Source of the DNA: Spirochaetia bacterium | GTDB taxonomy: Bacteria; Spirochaetota; Spirochaetia; DSM-27196; Salinispiraceae | DNA: 64,000 nucleotides | Direction of reading: 5' to 3' | NCBI GenBank assembly: GCA_038204425.1 | Contig: JBBRCZ010000006.1 | Coordinates: 64,001-128,000, forward strand | In this document: piece after piece, positions 28,777 to 38,618 of the stretch | How the letters are laid out: the number at the start of each line of letters is the position of its first letter | How positions within the stretch are numbered: position 1 is the first letter of the stretch | The notes under the pieces: generated by a model | Database searches by the model: none | The model's input: only the letters and a program-made list of their open reading frames with translations | Told to the model about the DNA's origin: nothing | Position numbers and translations under genes: made by a program

Positions 28777-29667
28777 ATGAGCTTTGAACTGAGCCCAGAT
28801 TTATTGAACGATTTGATTTTTGGCATGGAAAATCAGCAGGCCCAACAAGTTCTTGATACTAAGTCGCTAAAACTCATTGAGGGTCGCCCAGAGCTAAGCG
28901 ATGATGTAAACTATCTGCTTCTGCCCGAATGGACGTCAGCCAATGGTTTTGAATTGATGGAGAGCTTCGTACTAGGGCTGCACAGTCCATTGTTAAGAGA
29001 GCGCCTGTGGTCAATTCTGGAGAGCGGGCGCGGGGTCTTTAAAAACTTTAAGGCCGCATTGCGAGAAGAGCCAGCACTCGAGCAAAAGTGGCAGCGCCAC
29101 AAGCGCTTGGCGATGAGAAGTCATATTTTGGGTTGGTACAACGAATTAAGAGACTATTGGGGGCTTTTGCCGATCGCGGCCATGGAGGAAGAGGACGGAG
29201 ATACTACTGAGCTGGTCAAGTGGGACTTTAGTATTCGATCGGCGGACATAGAGCATATTGTGTCTCTTACTAGTTTAGATAAACACTACTTCCAAGAAAA
29301 TCTGCGGCAACTTGACTTGTCAGATCTAAGCCAGGATGGAGCTGAGCAGCTTTTTTTGTACTTTAGAGAAGGCCTTGCGCCGCCCCGGCCAGAGCAATTT
29401 ATAGTTTGTTATACTCCAGATGACGAGATAGCTGGCTTTCTTTGGTATCAAAACCGTTGCGGACTCAATGAAATTCTTCAACTTGCTGTCGCAGAGGCTT
29501 ATCGAGGCTTGGGAATTGCTAAGTCGCTGATGGAACAATTCCACAAAAAGATTGCTGCTAGCACAGGGCAAAAAATCATTGTAAAACTGCCTTCTCAGCC
29601 AACTTGGGTTGCTCAAAGTTTTGAGAAACAAGGGTTCAAAAGTCTCGGTTCAATTGCTTTGTTTTAG
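28777..29667 (+). CDS. UPF0158-like domain fused to a GNAT acetyltransferase
   Basis: LPEWTSANGFELMESF, GRGVFKNFK (UPF0158-like); acetyl-CoA motif VAEAYRGLGIAKSLM. Confidence 0.8.
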   Translation: MSFELSPDLLNDLIFGMENQQAQQVLDTKSLKLIEGRPELSDDVNYLLLPEWTSANGFELMESFVLGLHSPLLRERLWSILESGRGVFKNFKAALREEPALEQKWQRHKRLAMRSHILGWYNELRDYWGLLPIAAMEEEDGDTTELVKWDFSIRSADIEHIVSLTSLDKHYFQENLRQLDLSDLSQDGAEQLFLYFREGLAPPRPEQFIVCYTPDDEIAGFLWYQNRCGLNEILQLAVAEAYRGLGIAKSLMEQFHKKIAASTGQKIIVKLPSQPTWVAQSFEKQGFKSLGSIALF

Positions 29668-30539
29668 GCTTGCAACCTTATATTTTCGGCGAAGACATGT
29701 ATGCGTTCAAGCTCAGCCATAACTGCGTCAGCGACTGCTTGTTTGGGATCTTCCTCGGTCCGGCCGCGATTGGCGGTCCTAAACTCTTTGGTGTCGAGAA
29801 TCGTGTCGGCATAGAAGACAACTTTATCAGCAAAAGGCATGTCTTTGGTCATGTCGCCATTTGGATTGGGACGCAGGGTATTTCCTGCGATGCCGATCAA
29901 AAGTAGGTGGTCAAAGGACTTTATGTAAGAGTCGATTTCTTTTAGACCTCTCTTGGTTTGGTCATGACCAGGTCTATAACGTGTCCCAGAAGGAAAAACT
30001 AGAACTATGTTGCCTTTGTGTTTGTGACGGACCATTTCATGTAACGCGGCCATGTTAATCGAACGAGCTCGCATAACTTCCTCTTGAGCTGTTGGGCCAT
30101 CCTCTTTGAGTTTGCTTAGGCTTCTGGATGGATAGATAACGATCCGGCTGTAAGCCTCAGCAAACGCGCGTGCAAAATTGGTTTCTTCGTTAAGCTTAGC
30201 ACCCGCCATCGCAATGATCTGATTGACTGCAGCTTTAGCGTCTGCTGAGTGCTGTTCCATTAAGTAGAAGAAATTGGGAATATCAAAGTTAGAGTAGTGT
30301 TCCATGAGTATCAGACAGGATTGGCCGGCCTGTGCTCGTCGGGCTAGTTCCAGAATATTTTCCATACCGGCCACCTGGCTGCCTGGCGTGATCAACTGGC
30401 CCAAAAGTTTATCAATGTGTAGGCGATTGGCGAGATTTGCGACTTGGAAGACATTGCTTGGATCAATTCTGGCGGCTTGGACGGAGTTTTTGAGCATGAC
30501 CGCAATTATTTCCTGCGCCATTACATCTATAGATTTCAC
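29664..30539 (-). CDS. Glycerol-3-phosphate / 1-acylglycerol-phosphate acyltransferase
   Basis: HxxxxD motif EHYSNFD, FPSGTRYRP; GTG 30539 after AGGAG (ORF track extends to 30695). Confidence 0.85.
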   Translation of the reverse strand: MKSIDVMAQEIIAVMLKNSVQAARIDPSNVFQVANLANRLHIDKLLGQLITPGSQVAGMENILELARRAQAGQSCLILMEHYSNFDIPNFFYLMEQHSADAKAAVNQIIAMAGAKLNEETNFARAFAEAYSRIVIYPSRSLSKLKEDGPTAQEEVMRARSINMAALHEMVRHKHKGNIVLVFPSGTRYRPGHDQTKRGLKEIDSYIKSFDHLLLIGIAGNTLRPNPNGDMTKDMPFADKVVFYADTILDTKEFRTANRGRTEEDPKQAVADAVMAELERIHVFAENIRLQA

Positions 30540-30737
30540 CCTGGTGGCTCTCCTGATCAAAAATTGGCTTGAGTTAAGAAAAAAACCGCATAGCCATAGA
30601 ATAGAATCCAGCAAGTAGTTATAGATTGTGTTTGTGATCGTCAATGAGCATGTGCAAATCTTTGATACTTGGTATTCGTGTAAACATAGTATCACAAAAA
30701 AGTTGCTTCTCGTCTACTGGCAGGTGTTAAGCTAAAG

Positions 30738-31709
30738 CTACTGTGGAACGTTGAGTAAGGAGTACAAACGACCCTCTGAGTTGGAGCCGCGAGACAAATT
30801 GAGCGCGTCGAGTTGCGTCTCACCAAAGGACAGGTAATGGTAGTAGTAGGTGCCTGGCAGCAATTTGAGTTCTAGCTCAAAGACTCTGAGCGAAGCGTCG
30901 CGCGGGTAGGAGCCCGCGTCAAGAAGTTGGTGCATGTAGGGGTCAAAGTGATTAAAAGTGCCAGCAGCAAAAATTTCACTGCCTGCCGGGCCAACGTAAC
31001 GTAAGATAACTTTTTTGCCTGACCTACTACCAATAGAAGCTTGACGGGCCATTTCTGCTGCAGTGCTCGCCGTGCGTTGCGGTGTTTGATGAATGTTAAC
31101 AATCTCAGGGCTAATGGTGGCAAGCGAAGGTGCTCGTTCGATCGCTATCTGCGAAACCAACGAACCGTTAATCTTGCGCAGTGTGTTTTTGTTGGCAGGA
31201 TCATGGGTCCAAATGCCATCAATCACATAGCGATACTCAAGTGGTGATCCCGAGGCTGTAAGTTCTTGCTGAGTTTTTCGAGCTAGGGTGTAATAGAGGA
31301 AATAGACCGTGCTTTCTGTCCCGTCGGTAAAGTTGTTAACTGTCTTGGTCATGGTGTGTAGAATTCTATAGTTTTCATGGGCAAAGGCCATCGCTACGTG
31401 ACGAACAACTTTGCTACGCAGATCCTGAACACCACGGTTGCTGGTATGGAAACTTGGTCCCAGATTAGCTGATGTCGCGGCATATGAAAACAAAATAATG
31501 GTTTCGGGCGCTTGAAAGTCAGGTTGGAGCGAAGCTACGAACCTTGGTTGACTTGCTGTTCGCAATGACTTTATTTCCTGATGTCTGGTCTGGCCCATGT
31601 TTTGGCTATAAAGAGGCGAGTTATCAGTGTTTACAGATTCGGCCATAAGCGGATACAATCCGCAAAGGAGCATCACAAAAATACTTGTTGTTTTTCTAAG
31701 ACCACGCAT
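30738..31709 (-). CDS. Exported protein with CBM48/AMPK-beta-like carbohydrate-binding domains
   Basis: Signal peptide; LEYRYVIDGIWTHDPAN, AGTFNHFDPYMH, LLPGTYYYHY. Confidence 0.7.
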   Translation of the reverse strand: MRGLRKTTSIFVMLLCGLYPLMAESVNTDNSPLYSQNMGQTRHQEIKSLRTASQPRFVASLQPDFQAPETIILFSYAATSANLGPSFHTSNRGVQDLRSKVVRHVAMAFAHENYRILHTMTKTVNNFTDGTESTVYFLYYTLARKTQQELTASGSPLEYRYVIDGIWTHDPANKNTLRKINGSLVSQIAIERAPSLATISPEIVNIHQTPQRTASTAAEMARQASIGSRSGKKVILRYVGPAGSEIFAAGTFNHFDPYMHQLLDAGSYPRDASLRVFELELKLLPGTYYYHYLSFGETQLDALNLSRGSNSEGRLYSLLNVPQ

Positions 31710-31793
31710 GTATCTATTGTATCGGCAATGGCGATGCTTTCTTGATACAGTCACTTGAGAAATCTACAAGTATGTCGATGATAGTCTATAGCG

Positions 31794-34700
31794 ATGCCAG
31801 AACTAGAGCAACTTGAAAAGTTTAACCAAGACCTCATCAATATCGGCGACGAACCAGCCCAGGCTAAACGCCGAGGCGAAGATATAGAGAGGGTTATGAC
31901 GCCCGAGGAATATCCTCTCAATAATGTAGGTTCCGGCGTCAAAACAAACAAATCAACCGTCAGTGCTTCAAATGATGAGGGCCAAGGGCAGGACGATGCC
32001 TCGGCCGGAACTGATGATTTTCTTGCCAGTTTGGAGCCAGATCTATTTGAGTCGAATGACGATGAGTCCGGCGGCTCTCCGATTGACTATGGTGAGCTCG
32101 GTCTTGGACTTGATGATGAAGCCTCCAGTTCTGCACAACCTGATGACGATGCGTCAGACCTCTTTGAGGATGACTTGCTATCCACTATTAATGCTGGTTT
32201 GGGCGATGAGGACTTAGAACAAGATGCTGACGCCACCGAAACCAAGGACGACGAAGCAAGTTTCTTAGACGGCTTTAGTGATGACTTTTTGACTGGCGGG
32301 CAAGACGCTCTGACAGAGTTCGATGCCGAACTTGAAACTGAAGCTGAGCCTGAAGCAAAACTTGAAACCGAGCCTGAAGCAAAACTTGAAACCGATAAAA
32401 TACTTGAAACAGACGATCTTGATTCTATTGAAAATAGCCAACTCGGTGATCTCCCCGACCTAGATGATGATCATTTTATTGGCGATCTGGCTTCCAGTGA
32501 TGATCCAGATACAGAACTTGATTTGGTTTTGCCGGATGATTCAAGTCCGGGGGCGGTAGACGCCGGTCTTGACCTCGGTGCTGATTTTGATGAACTAGGT
32601 CTAGACGACTTTGAAACAGATGCTGACAATGAATTTCACCAAGCTGCGCAGAGTTTTGATGCTGATGCCATAGCTGGAAGTCAAGCGGACGCTGAGGCAG
32701 TAAGCGCTAGTTCTGACGAATTCCCCTCAATGCCTGATTTTGGCGCCGACATGGATGCCGACTTTTCTACTGACAGCTTTAATGACGAATTTGACATGAG
32801 TGACTTTGGCAAAGACTTTGGTTTGATGGAAGAAGTCAAGTCAGAAGACTGGGGTAAGCCAGGTGCTGGAGCAAAGTCAGATGACAACAAACTGTCTGTC
32901 GTGTCTGATGCCGAAGAAGAAATTCAAAAAGTAAGCATACAGGACGAAGCCGAAGCTTTTGAAATTTCCGATAAAGATTTTAAGTACCTTCAAGATAGCC
33001 TGAGTGCAATGCCGCTCAATCTCAAAATCGCAGCAGAAGAAGTGCTGGCCTCCGAAACCTATAGCTTTGAAGAGCTACGATTATTGATTGGCATGCTGGT
33101 TAGAGGTGACAGTCCCAAAGATATAGCAAGTGTTGTTAGCCGGATAACTGGCAAGAAAATAAAGGTTCCTGCAGGCTATCAGCGCAAAACTGGTCTGGCT
33201 TTTGAGCAAGAACAAAAGAGTTTTGCCTATCAGTTTAGACATAATATTGTTCCACTGCTTCGAGTGGTTTCGCTCAGTTTTGTCGCCGCTGCTGTTCTCT
33301 TCTACGCCATTTATGAGTTTGTTTATCGACCAATTTATGGAGCCAGCCTCTACGAACAAGGATTGCAAGCTATAAGAAGTGGCGAGTTTGATAGTGGCAA
33401 TCAGTTTTTTAAATGGGCTTGGATCCAGTGGCCCGACGAGAGCCGCTATGTTCAATATGCCCAAGCCTTTAGAGAAATGCGTGCCGACGCTAAGGCACGA
33501 GAAAAGTTTATAGAACTACTAGGTAGACCCAATGTTAAGGACAAACCGATTGGTGTAAATCGATTGCATCGACAGGGAATTTTGCAATTTGCCGATTTTC
33601 TGGGTTACTATCGAAGAGAATACTCATTGGCCGTCAATTATTTACAACGCTTGGTAGACGTCAACAAATTTGACCACGATCCAACTATTATGCAAGGCGA
33701 CATCTTTTTGGAGTGGGCTCGCTACACCAGCTCAAGCAGCGTTTTTTCCATAGAAAGGAACGGCCGTATCGAGTCTCAAAAGACTGTCGCGGATCTGTAT
33801 GAGGCTGCACGCTACAACTATGCAAGTCTTATTTCTAGCGAAGGCCAGACCGACATACTATTGTCTAGAATGCTCAGGTATTTTATGCGAACGGGCAACG
33901 AAGACGAAGTAGTCAAGATCAAGAATCTGTTTCTTAAGGATTCGGAAGCAAAGCCTGATGGAAATGTTACTGCAGAGTTGGCAGGTTACCTGATAGATAG
34001 CGCAGAGGGCAACTTTAAGATAATGGATGAGGCTTACAAACTTATTCTCAAGTCGATCAATGGCGGCTACATGGAAGAGCCAGGGCTGCACTACCAATTG
34101 TCGCGCTATTCACGCTTTTTTAAGAGCCAGGATGAAGAAGAAAAAGCACTCAAGTGGGCCAGAACCTACTATGAGCGCCTTCAAGAGAAGCGTGCCTTTA
34201 ACCAGTTTGAACGCACTCAGTATATCGACACCTTAATTAGGGATGGCGAGCGTCTCTACGGCCCTCTCTATGGCAATACCGACCTACTAAACGCCATAAA
34301 CGTGCTCACTACGGCGCGTGAACTATACGACAGTGGTCTCAAGGCGTCTCTCTTACCGGAAAAAACGCCTTTGCTTGGCAGGGTCTACGCGCGGCTTGGC
34401 GATGTGCTTTATTATGATGCGCGAGATCTACCCGGCGCGCTGCGTCAATATAGAATTGCACGTGATCATGGCTATGGAAATACGCCAAAGGAAGTAGGCT
34501 TGGGTTCGGCGGGACTACTGAGTCAGGGAACACACAAGCGATTGTTCTTGCCCGTCGGCGATGCAGGCGTGCCCCACCTTTCTAGTGTCGAACTCATAGA
34601 AGCAGCGCGCGATATCGCTTACAAATCAGGCTACGTCTACTACAACCTCGCGAGAGTTATGCGCCCGCGCAGCGTCGACCAAGAGCGCAATTTTGATAGA

Positions 34701-35237
34701 GCCGCTTCTGAGTTTATTCAGGCAGAGGGTGCTTTAGTGCATCGCAACATCAATCTGCAGTACGCAATTGCAAACACGCACTACTTGCGAGCAAACTACG
34801 ATGCTGCTTCTAGTGAGTACCGTTTGATCCTTGAGCGTTTGCGTTTAGAACGCGAAAACATACCCGAGCTGCTACTCGAGGAAGACCCCGCCCATCGTGA
34901 GCTTGTTGAGTTTATGATTCGCGTTAACAATAACCTTGGCGTAAGCTACTACCAACTCTATCGCCAAGGCGGCGTAGATGCGGCAGAAAACCTCGGCCAA
35001 GGCTTGTTCCATGTTGGACGTGCGATTGAGTTGTACGAAAACGCAGCGCGCAGCCCAGAAACTGCAGTGCGAGCCGAACGGAAGAGCCAAGCCTATAATA
35101 ACCTCAGAGCCATGATAGCCAAAGACTTTACCGATTCGGTAAGCATTACGCTCGACCTACGTCGAGACCTATCACATACACTTTTTAGCAAAGATCTAAT
35201 GACCATACCAGAAGCATCACCTGAACCTGTCCGATAA
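31794..35237 (+). CDS. flcA: Periplasmic flagellar collar protein FlcA-like
   Basis: N-terminus MPELEQLEKF...IGDEP, long Asp/Glu-rich region, PLNLKIAAEE and KIKVPAGYQRKTG before a single TM, then TPR-like helical region, as I recall for spirochaete FlcA. Confidence 0.7.
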   Translation: MPELEQLEKFNQDLINIGDEPAQAKRRGEDIERVMTPEEYPLNNVGSGVKTNKSTVSASNDEGQGQDDASAGTDDFLASLEPDLFESNDDESGGSPIDYGELGLGLDDEASSSAQPDDDASDLFEDDLLSTINAGLGDEDLEQDADATETKDDEASFLDGFSDDFLTGGQDALTEFDAELETEAEPEAKLETEPEAKLETDKILETDDLDSIENSQLGDLPDLDDDHFIGDLASSDDPDTELDLVLPDDSSPGAVDAGLDLGADFDELGLDDFETDADNEFHQAAQSFDADAIAGSQADAEAVSASSDEFPSMPDFGADMDADFSTDSFNDEFDMSDFGKDFGLMEEVKSEDWGKPGAGAKSDDNKLSVVSDAEEEIQKVSIQDEAEAFEISDKDFKYLQDSLSAMPLNLKIAAEEVLASETYSFEELRLLIGMLVRGDSPKDIASVVSRITGKKIKVPAGYQRKTGLAFEQEQKSFAYQFRHNIVPLLRVVSLSFVAAAVLFYAIYEFVYRPIYGASLYEQGLQAIRSGEFDSGNQFFKWAWIQWPDESRYVQYAQAFREMRADAKAREKFIELLGRPNVKDKPIGVNRLHRQGILQFADFLGYYRREYSLAVNYLQRLVDVNKFDHDPTIMQGDIFLEWARYTSSSSVFSIERNGRIESQKTVADLYEAARYNYASLISSEGQTDILLSRMLRYFMRTGNEDEVVKIKNLFLKDSEAKPDGNVTAELAGYLIDSAEGNFKIMDEAYKLILKSINGGYMEEPGLHYQLSRYSRFFKSQDEEEKALKWARTYYERLQEKRAFNQFERTQYIDTLIRDGERLYGPLYGNTDLLNAINVLTTARELYDSGLKASLLPEKTPLLGRVYARLGDVLYYDARDLPGALRQYRIARDHGYGNTPKEVGLGSAGLLSQGTHKRLFLPVGDAGVPHLSSVELIEAARDIAYKSGYVYYNLARVMRPRSVDQERNFDRAASEFIQAEGALVHRNINLQYAIANTHYLRANYDAASSEYRLILERLRLERENIPELLLEEDPAHRELVEFMIRVNNNLGVSYYQLYRQGGVDAAENLGQGLFHVGRAIELYENAARSPETAVRAERKSQAYNNLRAMIAKDFTDSVSITLDLRRDLSHTLFSKDLMTIPEASPEPVR
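32346..32393 (+). repeat. 24-bp in-frame tandem repeat, two exact copies plus degenerate flanks
   Basis: GAGCCTGAAGCAAAACTTGAAACC x2, encoding EPEAKLET. Confidence 0.9.
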
Positions 35238-35239
35238 GC

Positions 35240-36340
35240 TTAGCCTCTAACTTTGACCATCCAGTTGAACTTGTCTTCCAGCTCACCATATTGAATACCC
35301 TTGAGCGTGCGAAGTAGCTGCAAAGTAAGTTCGCCGGGTTTGCCGTTGCCCATTACTGAGGTTTTTTCTTGATGGGTGATAGACTCCAAATAACTGACGC
35401 CAGCAGCGGTACCAGTGACAAAACACTCTATACCTTCACTCATAGCTTCATCAATGGTAATCGGGCGCTCTTCGCAGCTTACGCCCATGTCCCGGGCCAG
35501 CTCCAAAACGCTTCGGCGGTTGATGCCGTCCAAAATCCTGTCTTCTAGATTTGGAGTCACCAGACTGTTATTCTTGAGTCTAAAGAATATATTGCAGGAC
35601 GAACCCTCTTCTATAAAGGTGCCTGTTTTTGCGTCCAAGAATATGGCTTCCATGTAGCCACGGGCTATGGCATCTTTTTTAGCAAGTGTGGGAATAACAT
35701 AGTTGGCGTTGCACTTGATCCAGCCCGTGCCATGGCTGTTGGCTCTAACCATATTGGTTGTCAAAGCTTTTGAGTTTGCGTTGAGGTCAAAGTAACTGCC
35801 AACCGGTGTTCCGACAATTATGACCCAAGGGTGATGAGAAAGGTTAAGCCCTATGCCACCTTCGCTGAGGGTAAAAGGCCTAAGGTAGATGGCTTCGGCC
35901 GTCACAAAATTATCCTTTTCCCACGCATTTTTGTAGTAGGGTCTAAAGCCAAGGTCAGCATTTTTGGCTACTGTCTCAAGACTTGCATCAACAAACAAGT
36001 TTTGTGGAAAGCCCGGCATCTTGAGGCCGACCATTGATCGTTCAAAGCGTTTGCCGTTCATGTCGGGTCTAAAAATCTTGAGACTGCCGTCTTTTTGAGG
36101 ATAGGCCTTGAGCCCTTCAAAACACCCAAACCCGTACTGGTTGGTGTAATTAATTAGTGGCAGATTGCCAGCAGCGTTTCTTCTTGTATGAATATCCGCG
36201 CGAGCGGAATCGTCCAGAGCGGCTTCTTGTTCTTGACCTTGGTGAGGAGCTTCAAGATAGTGCTCATGCCACGCATTTTGTGGTGTCCATTTGGCCTGAT
36301 AGGTCCAAGGGTATAGTGAAAGGCTAAAGCCTGCTGCCAT
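35240..36340 (-). CDS. ilvE: Branched-chain amino acid aminotransferase (class IV PLP)
   Basis: GCFEGLKAY, IFRPDMNGKRF, YLRPF, WIKCNANY, EEGSSCNIF, ILDGINR, TGTAAGV; SD GGAGG. Confidence 0.9.
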   Translation of the reverse strand: MAAGFSLSLYPWTYQAKWTPQNAWHEHYLEAPHQGQEQEAALDDSARADIHTRRNAAGNLPLINYTNQYGFGCFEGLKAYPQKDGSLKIFRPDMNGKRFERSMVGLKMPGFPQNLFVDASLETVAKNADLGFRPYYKNAWEKDNFVTAEAIYLRPFTLSEGGIGLNLSHHPWVIIVGTPVGSYFDLNANSKALTTNMVRANSHGTGWIKCNANYVIPTLAKKDAIARGYMEAIFLDAKTGTFIEEGSSCNIFFRLKNNSLVTPNLEDRILDGINRRSVLELARDMGVSCEERPITIDEAMSEGIECFVTGTAAGVSYLESITHQEKTSVMGNGKPGELTLQLLRTLKGIQYGELEDKFNWMVKVRG

Positions 36341-36371
36341 GTCAATTCCTCCGACGGATTAAGTGAGGGCT

Positions 36372-36400
36372 ATTGTACGTCCCAAGCGAATTGCGGTCAA
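36372..36400 (-). promoter_or_regulatory. sigma70 promoter of ilvE
   Basis: Minus strand TTGACC-17-TACAAT. Confidence 0.7.
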
Positions 36401-36423
36401 TATATCAACGGATTGAGGTCTAT

Positions 36424-36461
36424 ATTAAAGCGACCAAGCAGGATTACTTGGTCGCTTTAAT
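36424..36461 (-). terminator. Intrinsic terminator-like hairpin after the PP2C gene
   Basis: Perfect 15-bp stem ATTAAAGCGACCAAG / CTTGGTCGCTTTAAT, 8-nt loop, 14 nt past the stop codon. Confidence 0.75.
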
Positions 36462-36475
36462 GGGGTGGGCATTTT

Positions 36476-38590
36476 TTATATCAAACTACGTCTAATGACA
36501 ATAATAGAAATGTCATCGGCAAACTTGCCACCATACTTCTTGAGGTCGCCGCTCGAAGCAAATTCGGTAACTGCATTAAGCAGAGCCTGCCTAATTTCTT
36601 CCACAGGGGCTTCTACTAGTTGTTCTACCACACGCGTCACGCCGTCAGTGTCAAAGAAGCGTCCGTCACGGTCTCGAGCTTCCACCAAACCGTCGGTGTA
36701 GAGTATCAGCAGGTCGCCCGGATCAAGTGTAAACTCGCCAACTGAGGGTTTTGAGTCAACGAACTCCGATATTCCCAAAAACGCCGTCCTATCAGTCATG
36801 CCTGGCAGTTCCAGCATCTTGCGATGTGCCTTGCGGTACAAGAGTGCCGGCAAATGCGCACCAACATGGCTAAAGGTGCCATTCTTTTCTTGGAAGATGT
36901 TGCCTGTCATAAACTTGTCACTGCCGATTCGTTGACGGTTGATCTTGACCAAGACTTTATTGATGACATCGTAGAGCTCATTGATGGTCAGCTCTTTCTT
37001 GAGAGCTTCACAAGTGGTAATGGCACTTTGGAAGGCTGCCAGATGGATGAGGGCCATTAGGCCAGAGGGTAGGCCGTGGCCAGAAACGTCGCCAATGTCA
37101 ATGTAGTTGCCAAACGAGGTGTTGGCGTAGTCATAGAGGTCTCCACCAACTTCAGTAGCAGTCAACATAGAGCCAACTATTTCATAGCCGGGTATTTCGA
37201 TAGTCTTAGGAAGAATTGAAGTCTGAATGTTTTTGGCTGTTTCCATTTCGTCGGAGAGTCTGTTTCGTTCGCCCTGAATTTCCTTACCGTTGATTATGGT
37301 GAACATTATCGAAAAGATGTCTACAAAGGTTGCAAGGATTACTGCTTCCTGGGGGAAGATGTGCTCTACCGCGTCCTTGTACAAAACCAACATGCCCACA
37401 ATCTCGTCTTGGTTCATGATGGGATAGAGCATAATTTTACGATACATACTCTTAAGGTTGGGTGGAAGCTCGAGTGAGGTAGCTTGCTTGCTGCGCATGG
37501 CACTAAGAACGCCGCGTTGGGCAAAGTCGAGCTTTTTGCCTTCTTTCTCTTGACGTTCCAGTTCCTCAATATCAAAGGCCTGAGACATAATATGCTTGTC
37601 CAACTCGGACTTGTTCATTCGCTTTAGATTGTCACTTAAGATCAGAGGAGCGCAAAAATTGTAAATAAACTCTGCGGACTGGACTGCCAAGAGTGTGCCT
37701 TTGCGGTGGTAGACAACTACTGACTTAAAGGCTTGTGGTTTGCTGGGCACGTTTTCTTCGATCTGTTTCATAAACGCAACCATCGACTCTATTAGCAAGG
37801 CCTTGTCGTCTGCAGCTGTAGATACCAAGATCTTGTTGATAACACGCGATCGCTGTTTGTCAATTTCAATTTGGCGCCGGTGAAGGTCGTTGAGGTGGTG
37901 CATGCGATAGACAAAATATTCATGGTAAGCTCTGATGGCATAAACGCCTAAGGTCAAACCCAGACCAATTAAGCTCAGACCGTGCAGCTTGTAGGCTGAT
38001 TCTACAAAAACCAAAACTGTGGTAACTGCAATGCTGATGAGATACAGAACAAAGGGGTAGACCTTGCGGCGGATAACACCGCCTTGCATACCGTAAACAC
38101 CGACTGAAGCCAGTGCGGCGGCTCCAATGCCCAGCAAACTAACGATGAAGACCATTGTTTGAAAGTCGTTGCGCGGAACGCGGGTAAGTTTAGGGTTTGA
38201 GTAACCAAGGTAGGCCATAAAGACATTGACACCAATCACTAGCAAGCTAACGATTAATAGTAGTGGCACCGGCCTAAAGGCTTGCCTAAATGCGCGACGA
38301 AGTTGGTTTTTTTCTATGCGCTGTTGGTGAACCGAATACTCAAGTATTGAAAAAATAGCAAAAACCAACAGTGTATGGAGTGCGGTAAAGCCCTGCAAAA
38401 AGAAGTTTTGTATACGTTCGTCAAAGACGAGAAAATAGACAGTCTCAAGTGCACCCAAGAGGCCGATTAGAATTATTGATGACAGCAGAATCGCCGGGCG
38501 CTTGGCGTACTCAGGGCGTTTGTGTGCATCCCACCACAGAGCCAACGAAGCAACCACCAAAGCGGGGTACAAAAATAGATAAAACTGCAT
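36476..38590 (-). CDS. Membrane-bound SpoIIE/RsbU-type PP2C phosphatase (about 7 TM + GAF-like + PP2C)
   Basis: AKNIQTSILP, VGGDLYD, DVSGHG, YTDGLVE, DDISII; hydrophobic N-terminal 230 aa; SD AGGAGG. Confidence 0.92.
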   Translation of the reverse strand: MQFYLFLYPALVVASLALWWDAHKRPEYAKRPAILLSSIILIGLLGALETVYFLVFDERIQNFFLQGFTALHTLLVFAIFSILEYSVHQQRIEKNQLRRAFRQAFRPVPLLLIVSLLVIGVNVFMAYLGYSNPKLTRVPRNDFQTMVFIVSLLGIGAAALASVGVYGMQGGVIRRKVYPFVLYLISIAVTTVLVFVESAYKLHGLSLIGLGLTLGVYAIRAYHEYFVYRMHHLNDLHRRQIEIDKQRSRVINKILVSTAADDKALLIESMVAFMKQIEENVPSKPQAFKSVVVYHRKGTLLAVQSAEFIYNFCAPLILSDNLKRMNKSELDKHIMSQAFDIEELERQEKEGKKLDFAQRGVLSAMRSKQATSLELPPNLKSMYRKIMLYPIMNQDEIVGMLVLYKDAVEHIFPQEAVILATFVDIFSIMFTIINGKEIQGERNRLSDEMETAKNIQTSILPKTIEIPGYEIVGSMLTATEVGGDLYDYANTSFGNYIDIGDVSGHGLPSGLMALIHLAAFQSAITTCEALKKELTINELYDVINKVLVKINRQRIGSDKFMTGNIFQEKNGTFSHVGAHLPALLYRKAHRKMLELPGMTDRTAFLGISEFVDSKPSVGEFTLDPGDLLILYTDGLVEARDRDGRFFDTDGVTRVVEQLVEAPVEEIRQALLNAVTEFASSGDLKKYGGKFADDISIIVIRRSLI

Positions 38591-38618
38591 GAAACCTCCT
38601 GTTGTTTGAGGTCGTTTT

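Noticed and set aside
32328..32410. Repeats in flcA (and in trpE) as a possible CRISPR array
   Set aside because: In-frame coding tandem repeats with no unique spacers and no cas genes
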